Of a DNA stretch of 64,000 bases, positions 17,520-27,360 are shown piece after piece. The translations under genes and the position numbers were made by a program. The first letter of the stretch is position 1. Each line of letters opens with the position of its first letter. This DNA is from Sumerlaeia bacterium (lineage in GTDB: Bacteria > Sumerlaeota > Sumerlaeia > SLMS01 > JAHLLQ01), in contig JAVJSW010000073.1 of NCBI GenBank assembly GCA_040219255.1, positions 10,621-74,620 on the forward strand. The letters are read 5' to 3'. The notes beneath the pieces are model-generated. The model worked only from the letters and a program-made list of their open reading frames with translations, had not been told where the DNA came from and searched no databases.

Positions 17520-18374
17520 ATGGCGACGCGCCTGGAAAACGAACCGCTTTCCAAACATACGACGCTCAAGATCGGCGGCCCCGCCGAGGTGCTCTCCATC
17601 CCGGATGACCTCGACGATCTGTTGGCCGAGATCCGTCACTGTCAGGAAAACGGCATCACCTATCGCATCCTGGGCCGAGGTTCGAACCTGCTGGTGAACG
17701 ACAAAGGTGTTAAGGGCTTCGTGATCAAGCTGTCGAAAGCTTGCTCCGAACTGACCTTCGAGGGCGACGGCCGCGTCATCTGCGGCGCCAGCGTGACCTT
17801 TCAGAAGTTCATCAAGTTCTGTATCGAGAACGATTTGTATGGGAATGAAAACCTGCAATCGGTGCCCGGAGCGATGGGCGGCGGGATTTTCATGAACGCC
17901 GGCACCTGGACGGATAAGAATCTTTACTTGTCCGACTACCTGGTGAAAGTGAAATATTTCGACGGCAAAGAAATCCGCGAGATCGCCAAGGAAGACTGCC
18001 GCTTCGGTTATCGCTCTTCGATCTTCCAGGAAAAGCCTGAGTGGGTGATTCTTTCCGCGGAGTTCAAACTGCCCCACCAGCCCAAGGAAGTGGGCGAGAA
18101 AGCCAAGCGCGACCGCGTCGAGTGGTCCAAAGGCTATCAGGACATCACCTATGCCAACGCGGGCTCGGTTTTCCGGGCGGGGCACGGCCGAGCCTACAAC
18201 TGGGTCAAGGGCATGAAAATCGGCGGAGCCGGGTGGTCCGAACGGACCGGCAACTGGATCAACAACTACGGCAGCGCCAAGTGCAGTGACGTGCTTTGGC
18301 TGATCCGCATCGTCAAAGTTCTGAGCTTTCTGATGGGGCGGAAAGCCTCGATCGAGTGGATTTACTGGAAGTAG
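17520..18374 (+). CDS. Divergent MurB-like FAD-dependent enolpyruvyl reductase
   Basis: HTTLKIGGPAE, LGRGSNLLV.D.G, VPG.MGG.IFMNAG, FGYRSSIF, NAGSVF and terminal Glu motif; HANF replaced by TGNW. Confidence 0.85.
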   Translation: MATRLENEPLSKHTTLKIGGPAEVLSIPDDLDDLLAEIRHCQENGITYRILGRGSNLLVNDKGVKGFVIKLSKACSELTFEGDGRVICGASVTFQKFIKFCIENDLYGNENLQSVPGAMGGGIFMNAGTWTDKNLYLSDYLVKVKYFDGKEIREIAKEDCRFGYRSSIFQEKPEWVILSAEFKLPHQPKEVGEKAKRDRVEWSKGYQDITYANAGSVFRAGHGRAYNWVKGMKIGGAGWSERTGNWINNYGSAKCSDVLWLIRIVKVLSFLMGRKASIEWIYWK

Positions 18375-18379
18375 CAGGC

Positions 18380-19567
18380 TCAGAGCCCGCGGCGATAAGT
18401 CTTCAACAGTTCTCCGCCATACGTCCGGACGAGCCGAATGGGACGCCAGAGGTAGAGCAACGGCGCGAAGATTCTCGGCAGCGGGAACGTGGCCCGATCC
18501 TTCTCGGAAGGATGGGCGCGAGCCATCGCGTACCTGGCCAGTTCCATGCGCTTGGTCGTCTGATCGCGAAGAAGGCTGCTGGGCCCGTAGCAAATCCACT
18601 CTGGCAGGGGCGGCGCATTGCCCAGCAGGTACCGGCGGATCGCGCGCGCGTACCAGCGATCCAGCCGGCGGCACTCCACCCGGTCCGTCATGGCATCGGG
18701 CACATCGTAACCGAGGACGTCGCGAAGCAGCCGCAGGCTGATCTGGCAGATGCGCAGCAGCCCTTTGCTGCGGGCTTCCTGGGCCAGAAGGTCCCAGTCG
18801 ATGGGAAATTTGCAGGTCATCAGGCCGACATCACACAACCATCCAAGGCGCGCCCAGCCGTGCTTGAAGCCATGGGCGCAGAGCGCGATGATGGTGTGTT
18901 CGGGTTTGAGGAAGAGGAACTTCCACCCCTGGAGCCGAATCTCCAGGGCCTGCGCGATCCAGTCGCGATCCAGGGGAAAATCGTAGGCTTCCGAACCGAA
19001 GGAGTGATGCAACTCGAGGTGGGCCTTCGTCCGCGAGCAGACCAGGCTGCGGTGAAAACGTGTGTCGCTCTGCGACGGCGCGATGGCGAAACCGCCTTCC
19101 GACGCCAGAACCCGGACCGCTTCCTCGAAGGCCTCGGGCAGCACGAGCAAGTCGATGTCGGCGCTGTATCGTTCGCTCAATCCGCCATAGAGCACGTGTG
19201 AAAGCAGCATGCCCTTGTAGGGCACGGCCGCGATGCCGTGGGTCTTGAGAAGTTTGACGACTTCGCCCAGCACGTGGACCTGCACCAGATTGCGGCGGGC
19301 GGTGTGCTCGGCCCATTGGCGCAGAGCCTTGGCGATTTGAGTGCTGGGGAATAGAGCTGGCCGGGCCTGGAAGTGCCGATGGGCGAGGCCCGCGAGGCCG
19401 TGCGAGCGGCACAGGTGGACGAAGGCCTCCCAGTCGAACCCTTCGGCGGCCGTAAGTCTGCGGACGCGCTCTTCCAGTTCGCCGGAGAGCATTTCCGGCG
19501 GCCGCGCGAGGCAAAACATCAGCCGCCTCTCGCGCGAAGGTTCCCGGTCCTCAGCAGCGCCCGGCAT
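18380..19567 (-). CDS. Uncharacterised nucleotidyltransferase family (NTP_transf_5-like)
   Basis: PYKG..L...LY....R...DIDLLV, LELH and HGFKHGW.RL.WL.D motifs. Confidence 0.82.
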   Translation of the reverse strand: MPGAAEDREPSRERRLMFCLARPPEMLSGELEERVRRLTAAEGFDWEAFVHLCRSHGLAGLAHRHFQARPALFPSTQIAKALRQWAEHTARRNLVQVHVLGEVVKLLKTHGIAAVPYKGMLLSHVLYGGLSERYSADIDLLVLPEAFEEAVRVLASEGGFAIAPSQSDTRFHRSLVCSRTKAHLELHHSFGSEAYDFPLDRDWIAQALEIRLQGWKFLFLKPEHTIIALCAHGFKHGWARLGWLCDVGLMTCKFPIDWDLLAQEARSKGLLRICQISLRLLRDVLGYDVPDAMTDRVECRRLDRWYARAIRRYLLGNAPPLPEWICYGPSSLLRDQTTKRMELARYAMARAHPSEKDRATFPLPRIFAPLLYLWRPIRLVRTYGGELLKTYRRGL

Positions 19568-20609
19568 AATTCAGGTCGTAGTACTCGCGATATTCCCCGC
19601 TGCGGCAGGACGCCAGCCAGCCCTCGTGGTCGAGGTACCACTGCACGGTTTGGCGCAGGGCGCCGCGGAAGTCGTGCCGGGGGCGCCAGCCGAGTTCCCT
19701 TTCGATTTTTGAAAAGTCGATCGCGTACCGCCGGTCGTGGCCGGGGCGGTCCTTCACGTAAGTCACCAGTCCGCGGCGCGGACCGTTCGCAAGGGGCGCA
19801 ACCATTTCGTCGATCAGGTCGCAGAGGGCGTGGACCAATTCGATGTTGGGGACTTCGTTGTCGCCGCCGATGCAGTAGGTTTCCCCGCCGCGGCCCTTGA
19901 GGAAAGCGGTGAGGAGCGCTTCGCAGTGGTCCTCGACGTAGAGCCAGTCGCGCACGTTCATGCCATCGCCATAGACCGGCAGCTTTTTGCCTTCGATAGC
20001 GTTGCAGATCATGACCGGGATCATTTTCTCGGGGAACTGCCAGGGGCCGAAATTGTTCGAGCAGTTCGTCGTCACCGTGTCCATGCCGTGGGTGTGGTGG
20101 CAAGCGCGGACGAGGTGGTCGCTGGCGGCTTTGCTGGCGGAGTAAGGGGAGTTGGGGGCGTAGTTCGTGGTCTCGCTGAAGGGCGGATCGGCAGGGCCGA
20201 GGGACCCGAAGACTTCGTCGGTGGAGACATGAAGGAAACGGCCCTTGATCGACTGCTCCACCCAAGCCTTGCGGGCGGCTTCGAGGAGGGCGTGGGTGCC
20301 TTCCACGTTGGTCTTGATAAAGGCTCCCGCGTCAAGGATCGAGCGGTCCACGTGGCTCTCGGCGGCCAGATGGAAAACACCGTCGATGGAGACCTCGGCG
20401 AAGAGGGAGTCGAGGAGGTCGCGGTCTGTGATGTCGCCGCGGACGAATCGGAAACGGGGGTTATCGCGGGCCTGCTCGAGATTCGCCAGATTTCCAGCGT
20501 AAGTCAAAGCGTCGAGGACAACGATGTCTTGCTCCGGCAGTTCCCGGAGGATTCGGTGGACAAGGTTCGAACCGATGAAGCCGGCCCCGCCGGTGATCAG
20601 CCATGCCAT
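19551..20609 (-). CDS. rfbB: dTDP-glucose 4,6-dehydratase
   Basis: TGGAGFIGS, LTYAGN, HLAAESHVDRSI, STDEV, PYSASKA and DRPGHDRRYA motifs. Confidence 0.96.
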   Translation of the reverse strand: MAWLITGGAGFIGSNLVHRILRELPEQDIVVLDALTYAGNLANLEQARDNPRFRFVRGDITDRDLLDSLFAEVSIDGVFHLAAESHVDRSILDAGAFIKTNVEGTHALLEAARKAWVEQSIKGRFLHVSTDEVFGSLGPADPPFSETTNYAPNSPYSASKAASDHLVRACHHTHGMDTVTTNCSNNFGPWQFPEKMIPVMICNAIEGKKLPVYGDGMNVRDWLYVEDHCEALLTAFLKGRGGETYCIGGDNEVPNIELVHALCDLIDEMVAPLANGPRRGLVTYVKDRPGHDRRYAIDFSKIERELGWRPRHDFRGALRQTVQWYLDHEGWLASCRSGEYREYYDLNYAGRC

Positions 20610-20982
20610 AAGAGTGCCCTTTCCTATGGGCGCGCTCGCCCCGGGTCTCAATAGACGAGGGGTTGGGGATGCCGGTCAAGGCGACTTGCGCTTTATTAGA
20701 GCCACCTATTTCGGACGGCCAACCTCTCTTGACACTTGCTCGTCAATTCCCGCAATCACACGCGTCCGCCTCATTTTCCCCGGAACGCCAGACGGTGCCG
20801 AGAGGCCCGGCCAGCGGGGGGGACGATGGGGGGCGACCGATGAATCGCCAGCCGGCGCTCTTGGGCTGTGAGCCGAACTGTGGCTCTCTCCCCCGCGCCG
20901 GCGATAAAAAAATTATTCGATTGGCCTCCGCGGTCATATCCCCGCGGCCTGGAGCCCATCCAGCGTCTAAAGGACCCCCTTC

Positions 20983-21762
20983 ATGAAAACAGTTATTCTC
21001 GCCGGTGGCTTGGGAACGCGACTCAGCGAAGAAACCGTTTTGCGCCCCAAACCCATGGTGGAGGTCGGCGGCAAGCCCATCCTCTGGCACATTCTCAACA
21101 TTTACGCCGCCCACAACTTCACGGAATTCATCATCGCACTTGGCTACAAGGCGGAGTTCGTGAAGGAGTACTTCCTGAATTTCTACGCTCTGAACAACGA
21201 TCTGACGGTGGACCTCGCCGCCGGCCAGACCAAGGTCCATGACGGCAAGCAGCCCAACTGGAAGATTCACCTGAAGGACACGGGCCTGCACACCATGACT
21301 GGCGGCCGCATCAAGCGCCTGCGCGATTGGATCGGCGACGAAACCTTTATGGTCACCTATGGCGACGGCCTCGCCAACGTGGATATCGGCAAGCTGGTGG
21401 AATTCCACAAGGCCCACGGCAAGCTGGCCACCCTGACCGCCGTTCGCCCCCCGGCCCGCTTCGGCGGTCTGCGGTTCGAGGGCGACCGCATCGCCGAGTT
21501 CCTGGAGAAGCCCCAGACCGGCGAAGGCTGGATCAATGGCGGCTTCTTCGTGCTCGAGCCGGGCGTGTTCGACTACATCGCCGACGACACGATTTCCTGG
21601 GAGCGCGAACCCCTGGAAGCCATCGCCAATGCGGGCCAACTGATGGCCTTCCGCCACGAGGGCTTCTTCCAGCCGATGGACACGATCCGCGAGAAGACCA
21701 TGCTCGATAAGATGTGGAACAGCGGGAACGCGCCCTGGAAGGTCTGGGGCGACCAGAGCTGA
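20983..21762 (+). CDS. rfbF: Glucose-1-phosphate cytidylyltransferase
   Basis: LAGGLGTRLSEET..RPKPMVEVG, DTG..TMTGGRIKR, TYGDG, WINGGFFV and MDT.RE motifs. Confidence 0.96.
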   Translation: MKTVILAGGLGTRLSEETVLRPKPMVEVGGKPILWHILNIYAAHNFTEFIIALGYKAEFVKEYFLNFYALNNDLTVDLAAGQTKVHDGKQPNWKIHLKDTGLHTMTGGRIKRLRDWIGDETFMVTYGDGLANVDIGKLVEFHKAHGKLATLTAVRPPARFGGLRFEGDRIAEFLEKPQTGEGWINGGFFVLEPGVFDYIADDTISWEREPLEAIANAGQLMAFRHEGFFQPMDTIREKTMLDKMWNSGNAPWKVWGDQS

Positions 21763-21824
21763 GGGCTGCTCATCCCGAACGTCCGATCGACCCAATTGAC
21801 GATACGAAAGAGGTTTAGGCAGCG

Positions 21825-22964
21825 ATGAAAGACTTCAAGACAACGTATGCGGGGCAGTCCGTCTTTCTGACGGGCCACACGGGTTTCAAAGGCTCCTGGA
21901 TGGCGCTCTGGCTTTCTCAGCTGGGGGCTTCGGTGCATGGCTATTCCCTGCCGGCGCCGACGGATCCAAGCAACTTCGCCGTCTCTCGGATCGAAGACGC
22001 CATCGCCAGTCACACCGTCGGCGACATTCGCGATCTGGACAAAATGACCGCCGCGCTTCGCCAGGCCAAACCCCGCTTCGTCTTCCATCTCGCCGCCCAG
22101 CCCCTGGTGCGCCTCAGCTATCGCGAACCGCGCGAGACCTACGAAACCAACGTCATGGGCACCGTCAATCTGCTGGAAGCCGTGAGAGCCTATGCGGCGG
22201 AGACGAATGAGCCCGTGACCTGTGTGGTAATCACCAGCGACAAGTGCTACGAAAACCGCGAGCACGTCTGGGGTTACCGCGAATGCGACGCCATGGGCGG
22301 CCACGATCCCTACAGTTGCAGCAAAGGCGTCGCGGAACTTGTGACGTCGTCGTACCGCCGCAGCTTTTTCGACCCGGCCCATTTCTCCGAGCATGGCGTG
22401 AAGTTGGCTTCGGCCCGCGCCGGCAACGTGATCGGCGGGGGCGACTGGGCGCTCGACCGGATCGTGACCGACATTGTGCGCACCCTGGCCGCGGGCGACG
22501 CGGTGCCGGTTCGCAACCCCAAGGCGATCCGCCCCTGGCAGCATGTGCTCGAGCCCATCAGCGGCTACATGACATTGGCGGCCGCGATGGCGGACTCGGA
22601 GCCGAAGGCGGAAGGCGCCAAGTTCTGCGACGGCTGGAATTTCGGCCCCCGCAGCGGCGACGAACGCTGCGTCGGCGATCTTGTGGAGGAATTCATCTCG
22701 GCCTGGGGGAGCGGCTCCTGGGACGACCTGAGTGACCCGAACGCGCTGCACGAGGCGAAGATCCTGCGCCTGTCGATCGACAAGGCGGTCTCCATCCTGA
22801 ATTGGCGCCCGCGCTGGGATTTTCCCGAAACGATCAGCCGCACCGCTAACTGGTATCGCCTTTATCACGAAACCCGCGCGGAAGGCGCCTCGATGCGCGA
22901 GGCCTGCCTGGAAGACATTGCCGCCTACACCGGTCAACTGACCGCCGAACCCGCCCAAGTCTAA
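21825..22964 (+). CDS. rfbG: CDP-glucose 4,6-dehydratase
   Basis: TGHTGFKGSW, HLAAQPLVR.SY, TSDKCY, ARAGNVIGGGDW and RPWQHVLEP motifs. Confidence 0.96.
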   Translation: MKDFKTTYAGQSVFLTGHTGFKGSWMALWLSQLGASVHGYSLPAPTDPSNFAVSRIEDAIASHTVGDIRDLDKMTAALRQAKPRFVFHLAAQPLVRLSYREPRETYETNVMGTVNLLEAVRAYAAETNEPVTCVVITSDKCYENREHVWGYRECDAMGGHDPYSCSKGVAELVTSSYRRSFFDPAHFSEHGVKLASARAGNVIGGGDWALDRIVTDIVRTLAAGDAVPVRNPKAIRPWQHVLEPISGYMTLAAAMADSEPKAEGAKFCDGWNFGPRSGDERCVGDLVEEFISAWGSGSWDDLSDPNALHEAKILRLSIDKAVSILNWRPRWDFPETISRTANWYRLYHETRAEGASMREACLEDIAAYTGQLTAEPAQV

Positions 22965-22979
22965 GAAAAGGAAGCCTAC

Positions 22980-23936
22980 ATGGCCGACTCAAAAGCGATC
23001 TTAGTCACCGGAGCGGGCGGTTTCCTCGGCAAACGCGTTTGCCGCCGACTCCTGGCCGATGGCCACACCGTTCACGCGCTGGAGTTTCGCGAGGACGCGA
23101 TTCGCAGCATCCCCATCCCTGAGGGTGCGCCGGGAACTCTGGTTCCCCAGATTCTCGATCTCACCAACGCCACCTCCCTCGACAATCTTTTCGAGGCCGC
23201 TCCGATCCAAAGCGTCATCCACCTGGCGGCTTACGGCGTGCGCGCCGACCGCCTCGAAGTGGACAAAATGCTCAACGTGAACGCCACCGCCACGGCGATG
23301 CTGGCGCACGCGGCCAAGAAGGCCGGCATCGAGCGCTTCCTTCTGATCGGCTCCGGCTCGGAATATCTGCCGGTGGCGCGTCCCACGACCGAAAGCGATG
23401 TGATGGGGGCGATCAACCTCTACGGCGCGTCGAAGATCAGCGCGTGGTACACGCTCGATTATCTTCGGCGCATGGAATCCTTCCCCCTCGTGACGCTGCG
23501 GCCGTTCGGATTTTACGGGATCGGGGAAGTCGTTCCGCGCCTGGTGCCCTACGTTCTGGAGCAGGCGAAGGCCGGCCAGACCATGGAGTTCACGGAAGGC
23601 ACACAGATTCGCGACTGGTTGTTTGTCGACGATCTTGTCGACGCGATCGTGCGGGCGTTGCTGATGCCTCAGGCGCTGGGCGAAGTTTTCAACATCGGTT
23701 ACGGTCCTTCCGGGGCCTGCACGGTGCGCGAAGCGGTGGAGACCGCGGTCCGTGTGGCCGGGGGCGATCTGTCGCTGGCGAAGTTCGGCGCCATCGTGCG
23801 CGAGCGCGCCGAACCGCCGTACTTCGTCTGCGATCCATCGAAGGCCATGACGCTGCTGAAGTGGCGGCCGAAGACGGGCCTGCGCGAAGGCCTTGAGCTG
23901 ACCGCGGAGTCCCTTTGGGGAGCGAAGGACAGCTAA
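22980..23936 (+). CDS. NAD(P)-dependent NDP-sugar reductase/epimerase
   Basis: TGAGGFLG, HLAA, GSGSEY, YGASK and QIRDW..VDD motifs. Confidence 0.85.
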   Translation: MADSKAILVTGAGGFLGKRVCRRLLADGHTVHALEFREDAIRSIPIPEGAPGTLVPQILDLTNATSLDNLFEAAPIQSVIHLAAYGVRADRLEVDKMLNVNATATAMLAHAAKKAGIERFLLIGSGSEYLPVARPTTESDVMGAINLYGASKISAWYTLDYLRRMESFPLVTLRPFGFYGIGEVVPRLVPYVLEQAKAGQTMEFTEGTQIRDWLFVDDLVDAIVRALLMPQALGEVFNIGYGPSGACTVREAVETAVRVAGGDLSLAKFGAIVRERAEPPYFVCDPSKAMTLLKWRPKTGLREGLELTAESLWGAKDS

Positions 23937-23941
23937 CCCCC

Positions 23942-25549
23942 ATGAGCGACGACGCACGGAAAAATGCCTCACGGCGGGTGAACTTCGCCGTTATGGTTTC
24001 CTTCCTGGGGCGGACGATGGGGATTCTCTCCAGTCTGTTCCTGCTACCCGTGCTGTTCCGCTTTCTCAGCGATGAAGAAATCGGCCTGTGGTTCCTGCTG
24101 CTCAGCAGCCAGACGTTCCTCGGGCTCCTGGGTTTTGGCGTGGCGCCCACAATGGCGCGCCATATCGCTTTCGCAAAAGGCCTGAGCGGCCCTGACCCGG
24201 AAGTCGAACTGACGGGCGAAAGCCGCGAGCGCATCGCGAATCTGGTCACGACGGGGCGGTACATCCTCTTTGGTGTCGCCGCGCTTGTCTTGTTGGTGGC
24301 GCTGCCTATCGGGTACTTCGCGATCAAGGGGCTCGATCTGGTCGAGGTCCCCTACAGCACGGCGAATATGGCCTGGCTCATCGTCTGCATCGGTTATTCC
24401 ATTGGTGTTTATATTCAGTATCTCAGTTCGTACCTCATCGGCATCGGCTATGTGGGCTGGGACACGACGATCCGGATTCTGGTGGAGTTCGTGGCTCTGG
24501 GGGCCAAATTCCTGATCGTGATTTTCGGCGGTGGCATCGTCGGCCTCGCCATCGCCCAGGTTGCAACCGCGGTGGTCAACCGGGCCCTGGTCGTGGCGTT
24601 TATTCGCAAGCGCCGGCCCGATCTGTTCCATCTTAAGGGGCGTTGGCAGAGAAGCCTGGTGCAAGAGACCTGGCGCCCGGCGATTTCCTACTGGGTCATG
24701 ATGCTGGGGGCGTTCATGCTCAGCAAGACCGACGCCTACTTCATCGCGTTCTTCAAGGGCGTCAACGAACTGCCGCTGTACCAGGCGGCCTATCGGCTTT
24801 TCGAGAACGTGATGGATATCGCCATCTTGTTCACCACCACATCGGCGACTTTCATCAGCCAAGCCTGGAAAGCGGAGGACATGCGCGGCGTGCATGCTCT
24901 GTCCTTTCGTTCCTGGCGCATCGGTGTGGTTGTGATGGCCACGGGGGCGGCTTTCCTGCTGACCGGGGGAAACGATTTCCTGCATCTTTGGCTAAAGACC
25001 GAAGACCAGTTGCCGATGCTGGTTCTGGTGATGATCGCTTGTCTGTTCGGCATGCGGGTGAATTTCAAGTTGCTCAGCATGGCCGCCCGGGCGACGGACT
25101 TCGAGCGCTGGGCCGTGACAAGTGTGATCGCTGGCATCCTCAATCTGGGTCTGACCTGGTGGCTAATCCAGGAGCTTGGCTTGTGGGGCGTTCCCTTGAG
25201 CACGTTGATTGCTGTCACGGTGACGAACGGATGGTACGTCACCTATCACTCGCTCAAGCGTCTCAAGGTCTCGTTCGGCCGGTACCTGTTGAACATGCCG
25301 CTTTTCGGGGCTGGAATTTTTCTGGTCTGCTTCCTGAGTATCGAGGGGCTCTTCGACGCGGCTTCTCATCTGACTTTCTATCAGGAGCAGACCGATTGGG
25401 CGCGGGTCGCGATTTCCAGCGGCGTTTGCGCGATAGTGGGGGGATCGGCGTTCATCGCCGTCTCCTTCAGCCGGGTCACCGGCCAACTCCGCCGTGTGTC
25501 CCGCCGGATGCACGGCATGGTTCGAAAGCAACCTTCACCCTCCGTCTAA
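23942..25549 (+). CDS. wzx: Wzx-type polysaccharide flippase
   Basis: About 13-14 TM MOP-like pattern, LS.EEIGLW and KTD motifs, located in the polysaccharide locus. Confidence 0.75.
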   Translation: MSDDARKNASRRVNFAVMVSFLGRTMGILSSLFLLPVLFRFLSDEEIGLWFLLLSSQTFLGLLGFGVAPTMARHIAFAKGLSGPDPEVELTGESRERIANLVTTGRYILFGVAALVLLVALPIGYFAIKGLDLVEVPYSTANMAWLIVCIGYSIGVYIQYLSSYLIGIGYVGWDTTIRILVEFVALGAKFLIVIFGGGIVGLAIAQVATAVVNRALVVAFIRKRRPDLFHLKGRWQRSLVQETWRPAISYWVMMLGAFMLSKTDAYFIAFFKGVNELPLYQAAYRLFENVMDIAILFTTTSATFISQAWKAEDMRGVHALSFRSWRIGVVVMATGAAFLLTGGNDFLHLWLKTEDQLPMLVLVMIACLFGMRVNFKLLSMAARATDFERWAVTSVIAGILNLGLTWWLIQELGLWGVPLSTLIAVTVTNGWYVTYHSLKRLKVSFGRYLLNMPLFGAGIFLVCFLSIEGLFDAASHLTFYQEQTDWARVAISSGVCAIVGGSAFIAVSFSRVTGQLRRVSRRMHGMVRKQPSPSV

Positions 25550-25603
25550 GGCGCCCATTGCCGGCCTGGCGGGTTTATCATTCTCAAGGGAGACCTCAAG
25601 ATC

Positions 25604-26365
25604 ATGGCTCTCATGCTCAAATGCGGCGCAGTTTTCCTTCACGTCCCCAAGACCGGTGGATCGTGGGTCACGGAAGTTCTTCAGGGGTGCGATCTGGTCG
25701 CCTACGAGGTCGGCGCCAAGCACGGTTATCTCGACCAGGTGCTCGAGTACCCGAAAATCTTCTCGCAACAGAATTTCAAGCGCTGTCTCAAGCGCGGCCC
25801 TTTCTGGCATCAGGAGGTGATGCAGGCCTTCAAGTTCGGCATCGTCCGCCACCCGCTCAAGTGGTACGAGTCCTGGTTCAAGTACCTGGGCGGCCGATGG
25901 GAGATTCATACTCAGAATCGCAACAATTGTCACAAGTGGAGCATGAACCTCCTGATCGAGGAAAGCGCCGATGACGACTTCAACGCTTTCGTGCGCAAGC
26001 TCAACGAGCGGTGCCCGGGTTTCGCCACTCGCTGCTTCGATCGCTACTTCGGCCCGGAAGTGAACTTTGTCGGGCGCTGCGAGAACCTGGTGGACGATTT
26101 GATTTCCGCTCTGGATTTGTGCAACGCGAGCTATGACGAGGACCGCATCCGCAACTGGCCGCGGGTCAACGAGAGCCCGTGCCTGGCCGGCAAGCCGAAG
26201 TGGGACCCGGAACTGAAAGTCCTGGTGGAGCGTCTGGAAGCCCCTGGTTTCATCAAGTATGGGTACGAACTCGAGCGCTTCCTGCCGCCCCTGCCGGGCG
26301 CCTCCCCCGCGGCTGCCGGCGCTAACGGTAGCACTGCCGCGCAATCGCTCGCCACAACCAACTGA
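25604..26365 (+). CDS. Sulfotransferase family 2-like protein
   Basis: FLHVPKTGGSW, VRHPLKWYESW and VGRCENL..D motifs. Confidence 0.75.
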   Translation: MALMLKCGAVFLHVPKTGGSWVTEVLQGCDLVAYEVGAKHGYLDQVLEYPKIFSQQNFKRCLKRGPFWHQEVMQAFKFGIVRHPLKWYESWFKYLGGRWEIHTQNRNNCHKWSMNLLIEESADDDFNAFVRKLNERCPGFATRCFDRYFGPEVNFVGRCENLVDDLISALDLCNASYDEDRIRNWPRVNESPCLAGKPKWDPELKVLVERLEAPGFIKYGYELERFLPPLPGASPAAAGANGSTAAQSLATTN

Positions 26366-26397
26366 ATGCACCAGCGGGACCCGATCCAGGAGGAGAG

Positions 26398-27357
26398 ATG
26401 ATGACCTTAGCCGAACCCAAAGCCGAAATGGAGTCCTCCGGGGACACTCCGCCAGCGGCGCTGCCTAACTTCATCATGGTCGGCGCGCCCAAGTGCGGCA
26501 CCACGGCCATGTTTCGATACCTGAGCGCTCATCCCGAGGTCTTCATGTCCGATCCCAAGGAGCCGATGTACTTCAATTACATGGGCGACGGCAGCGGTTC
26601 GGACGAGGCGACCTACGTGACGAACTGGACGGAATACCGCAACCTCTTCTCCGGGGCCGCTGGCAAGGCGGCCATCGGCGAGGCGTCCACCTGGTATCTC
26701 TACAGCCCCGCCGCCGCCAAGCGCATCCACGATCGCCTGCCGGACGCGAAGATCATCGCTTTCCTGCGCCAGCCGGTGGATCGCGCATGGTCTTTGTATA
26801 ACTTCAACATTCAGCGCCGCAAAGGCGAGTTGGCGACGTTTGAGGAGGAGTTGGCCCGCGAACCCGAGTTCGTGGAAAAGCGCTCGTCCTGGGAGCGGCA
26901 TTACTTGGGTTTCGGGCGCTATGGCGAGCAGCTCGAGCGCTACTATACGCTCTTCCCGCGAGAAAACATTCGTGTCTACCTGATGGACGAAATCCAGGCC
27001 GACTCGGTGGCCGTGGCCCGCGATCTGCTCCAATTCATCGGGGTGGACCCTTCCTTCGCCAAAGACGCCGTGAAGGGCGCGAACGTGACCTTCGTTCCCA
27101 AGAACAAGGCGATCCACAAGTTTTTCGGAAACCAGGGTCTGCGCGCCCTGACGGCCAAAATCCTTCCGGAAGCCATCAAGCGCCGCATCCGCAAGGTGGA
27201 GCGAGACAACATGACTCGGCCGCCCAAGCTGGACCCGGCTCTGCGCGAGAAACTGACGCGGCCCTTCCACGACGATTTCCGCAAAATCGAGGAACTGACC
27301 GGCAAGGACTTGTCCGCCTGGTACGCCAAGGATTCGGCCGGAGCGGCCAAAGGATGA
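26398..27357 (+). CDS. Sulfotransferase
   Basis: PNFIMVGAPKCGTT, KEP.YF, GEAS..Y and LRQPVDRAWS motifs. Confidence 0.9.
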   Translation: MMTLAEPKAEMESSGDTPPAALPNFIMVGAPKCGTTAMFRYLSAHPEVFMSDPKEPMYFNYMGDGSGSDEATYVTNWTEYRNLFSGAAGKAAIGEASTWYLYSPAAAKRIHDRLPDAKIIAFLRQPVDRAWSLYNFNIQRRKGELATFEEELAREPEFVEKRSSWERHYLGFGRYGEQLERYYTLFPRENIRVYLMDEIQADSVAVARDLLQFIGVDPSFAKDAVKGANVTFVPKNKAIHKFFGNQGLRALTAKILPEAIKRRIRKVERDNMTRPPKLDPALREKLTRPFHDDFRKIEELTGKDLSAWYAKDSAGAAKG

Positions 27358-27360
27358 CCT

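Noticed and set aside
18380-19567. Lasso peptide or RiPP cluster suggested by the nucleotidyltransferase
   Set aside because: No precursor, B1/B2, cyclase or PqqD genes nearby.
20729-20746. FNR/CRP box TTGAC-N8-GTCAA in the rfbB/rfbF spacer
   Set aside because: Spacing does not match the N4 FNR consensus; it may simply be a -35 element. No ops/JUMPstart element was seen.
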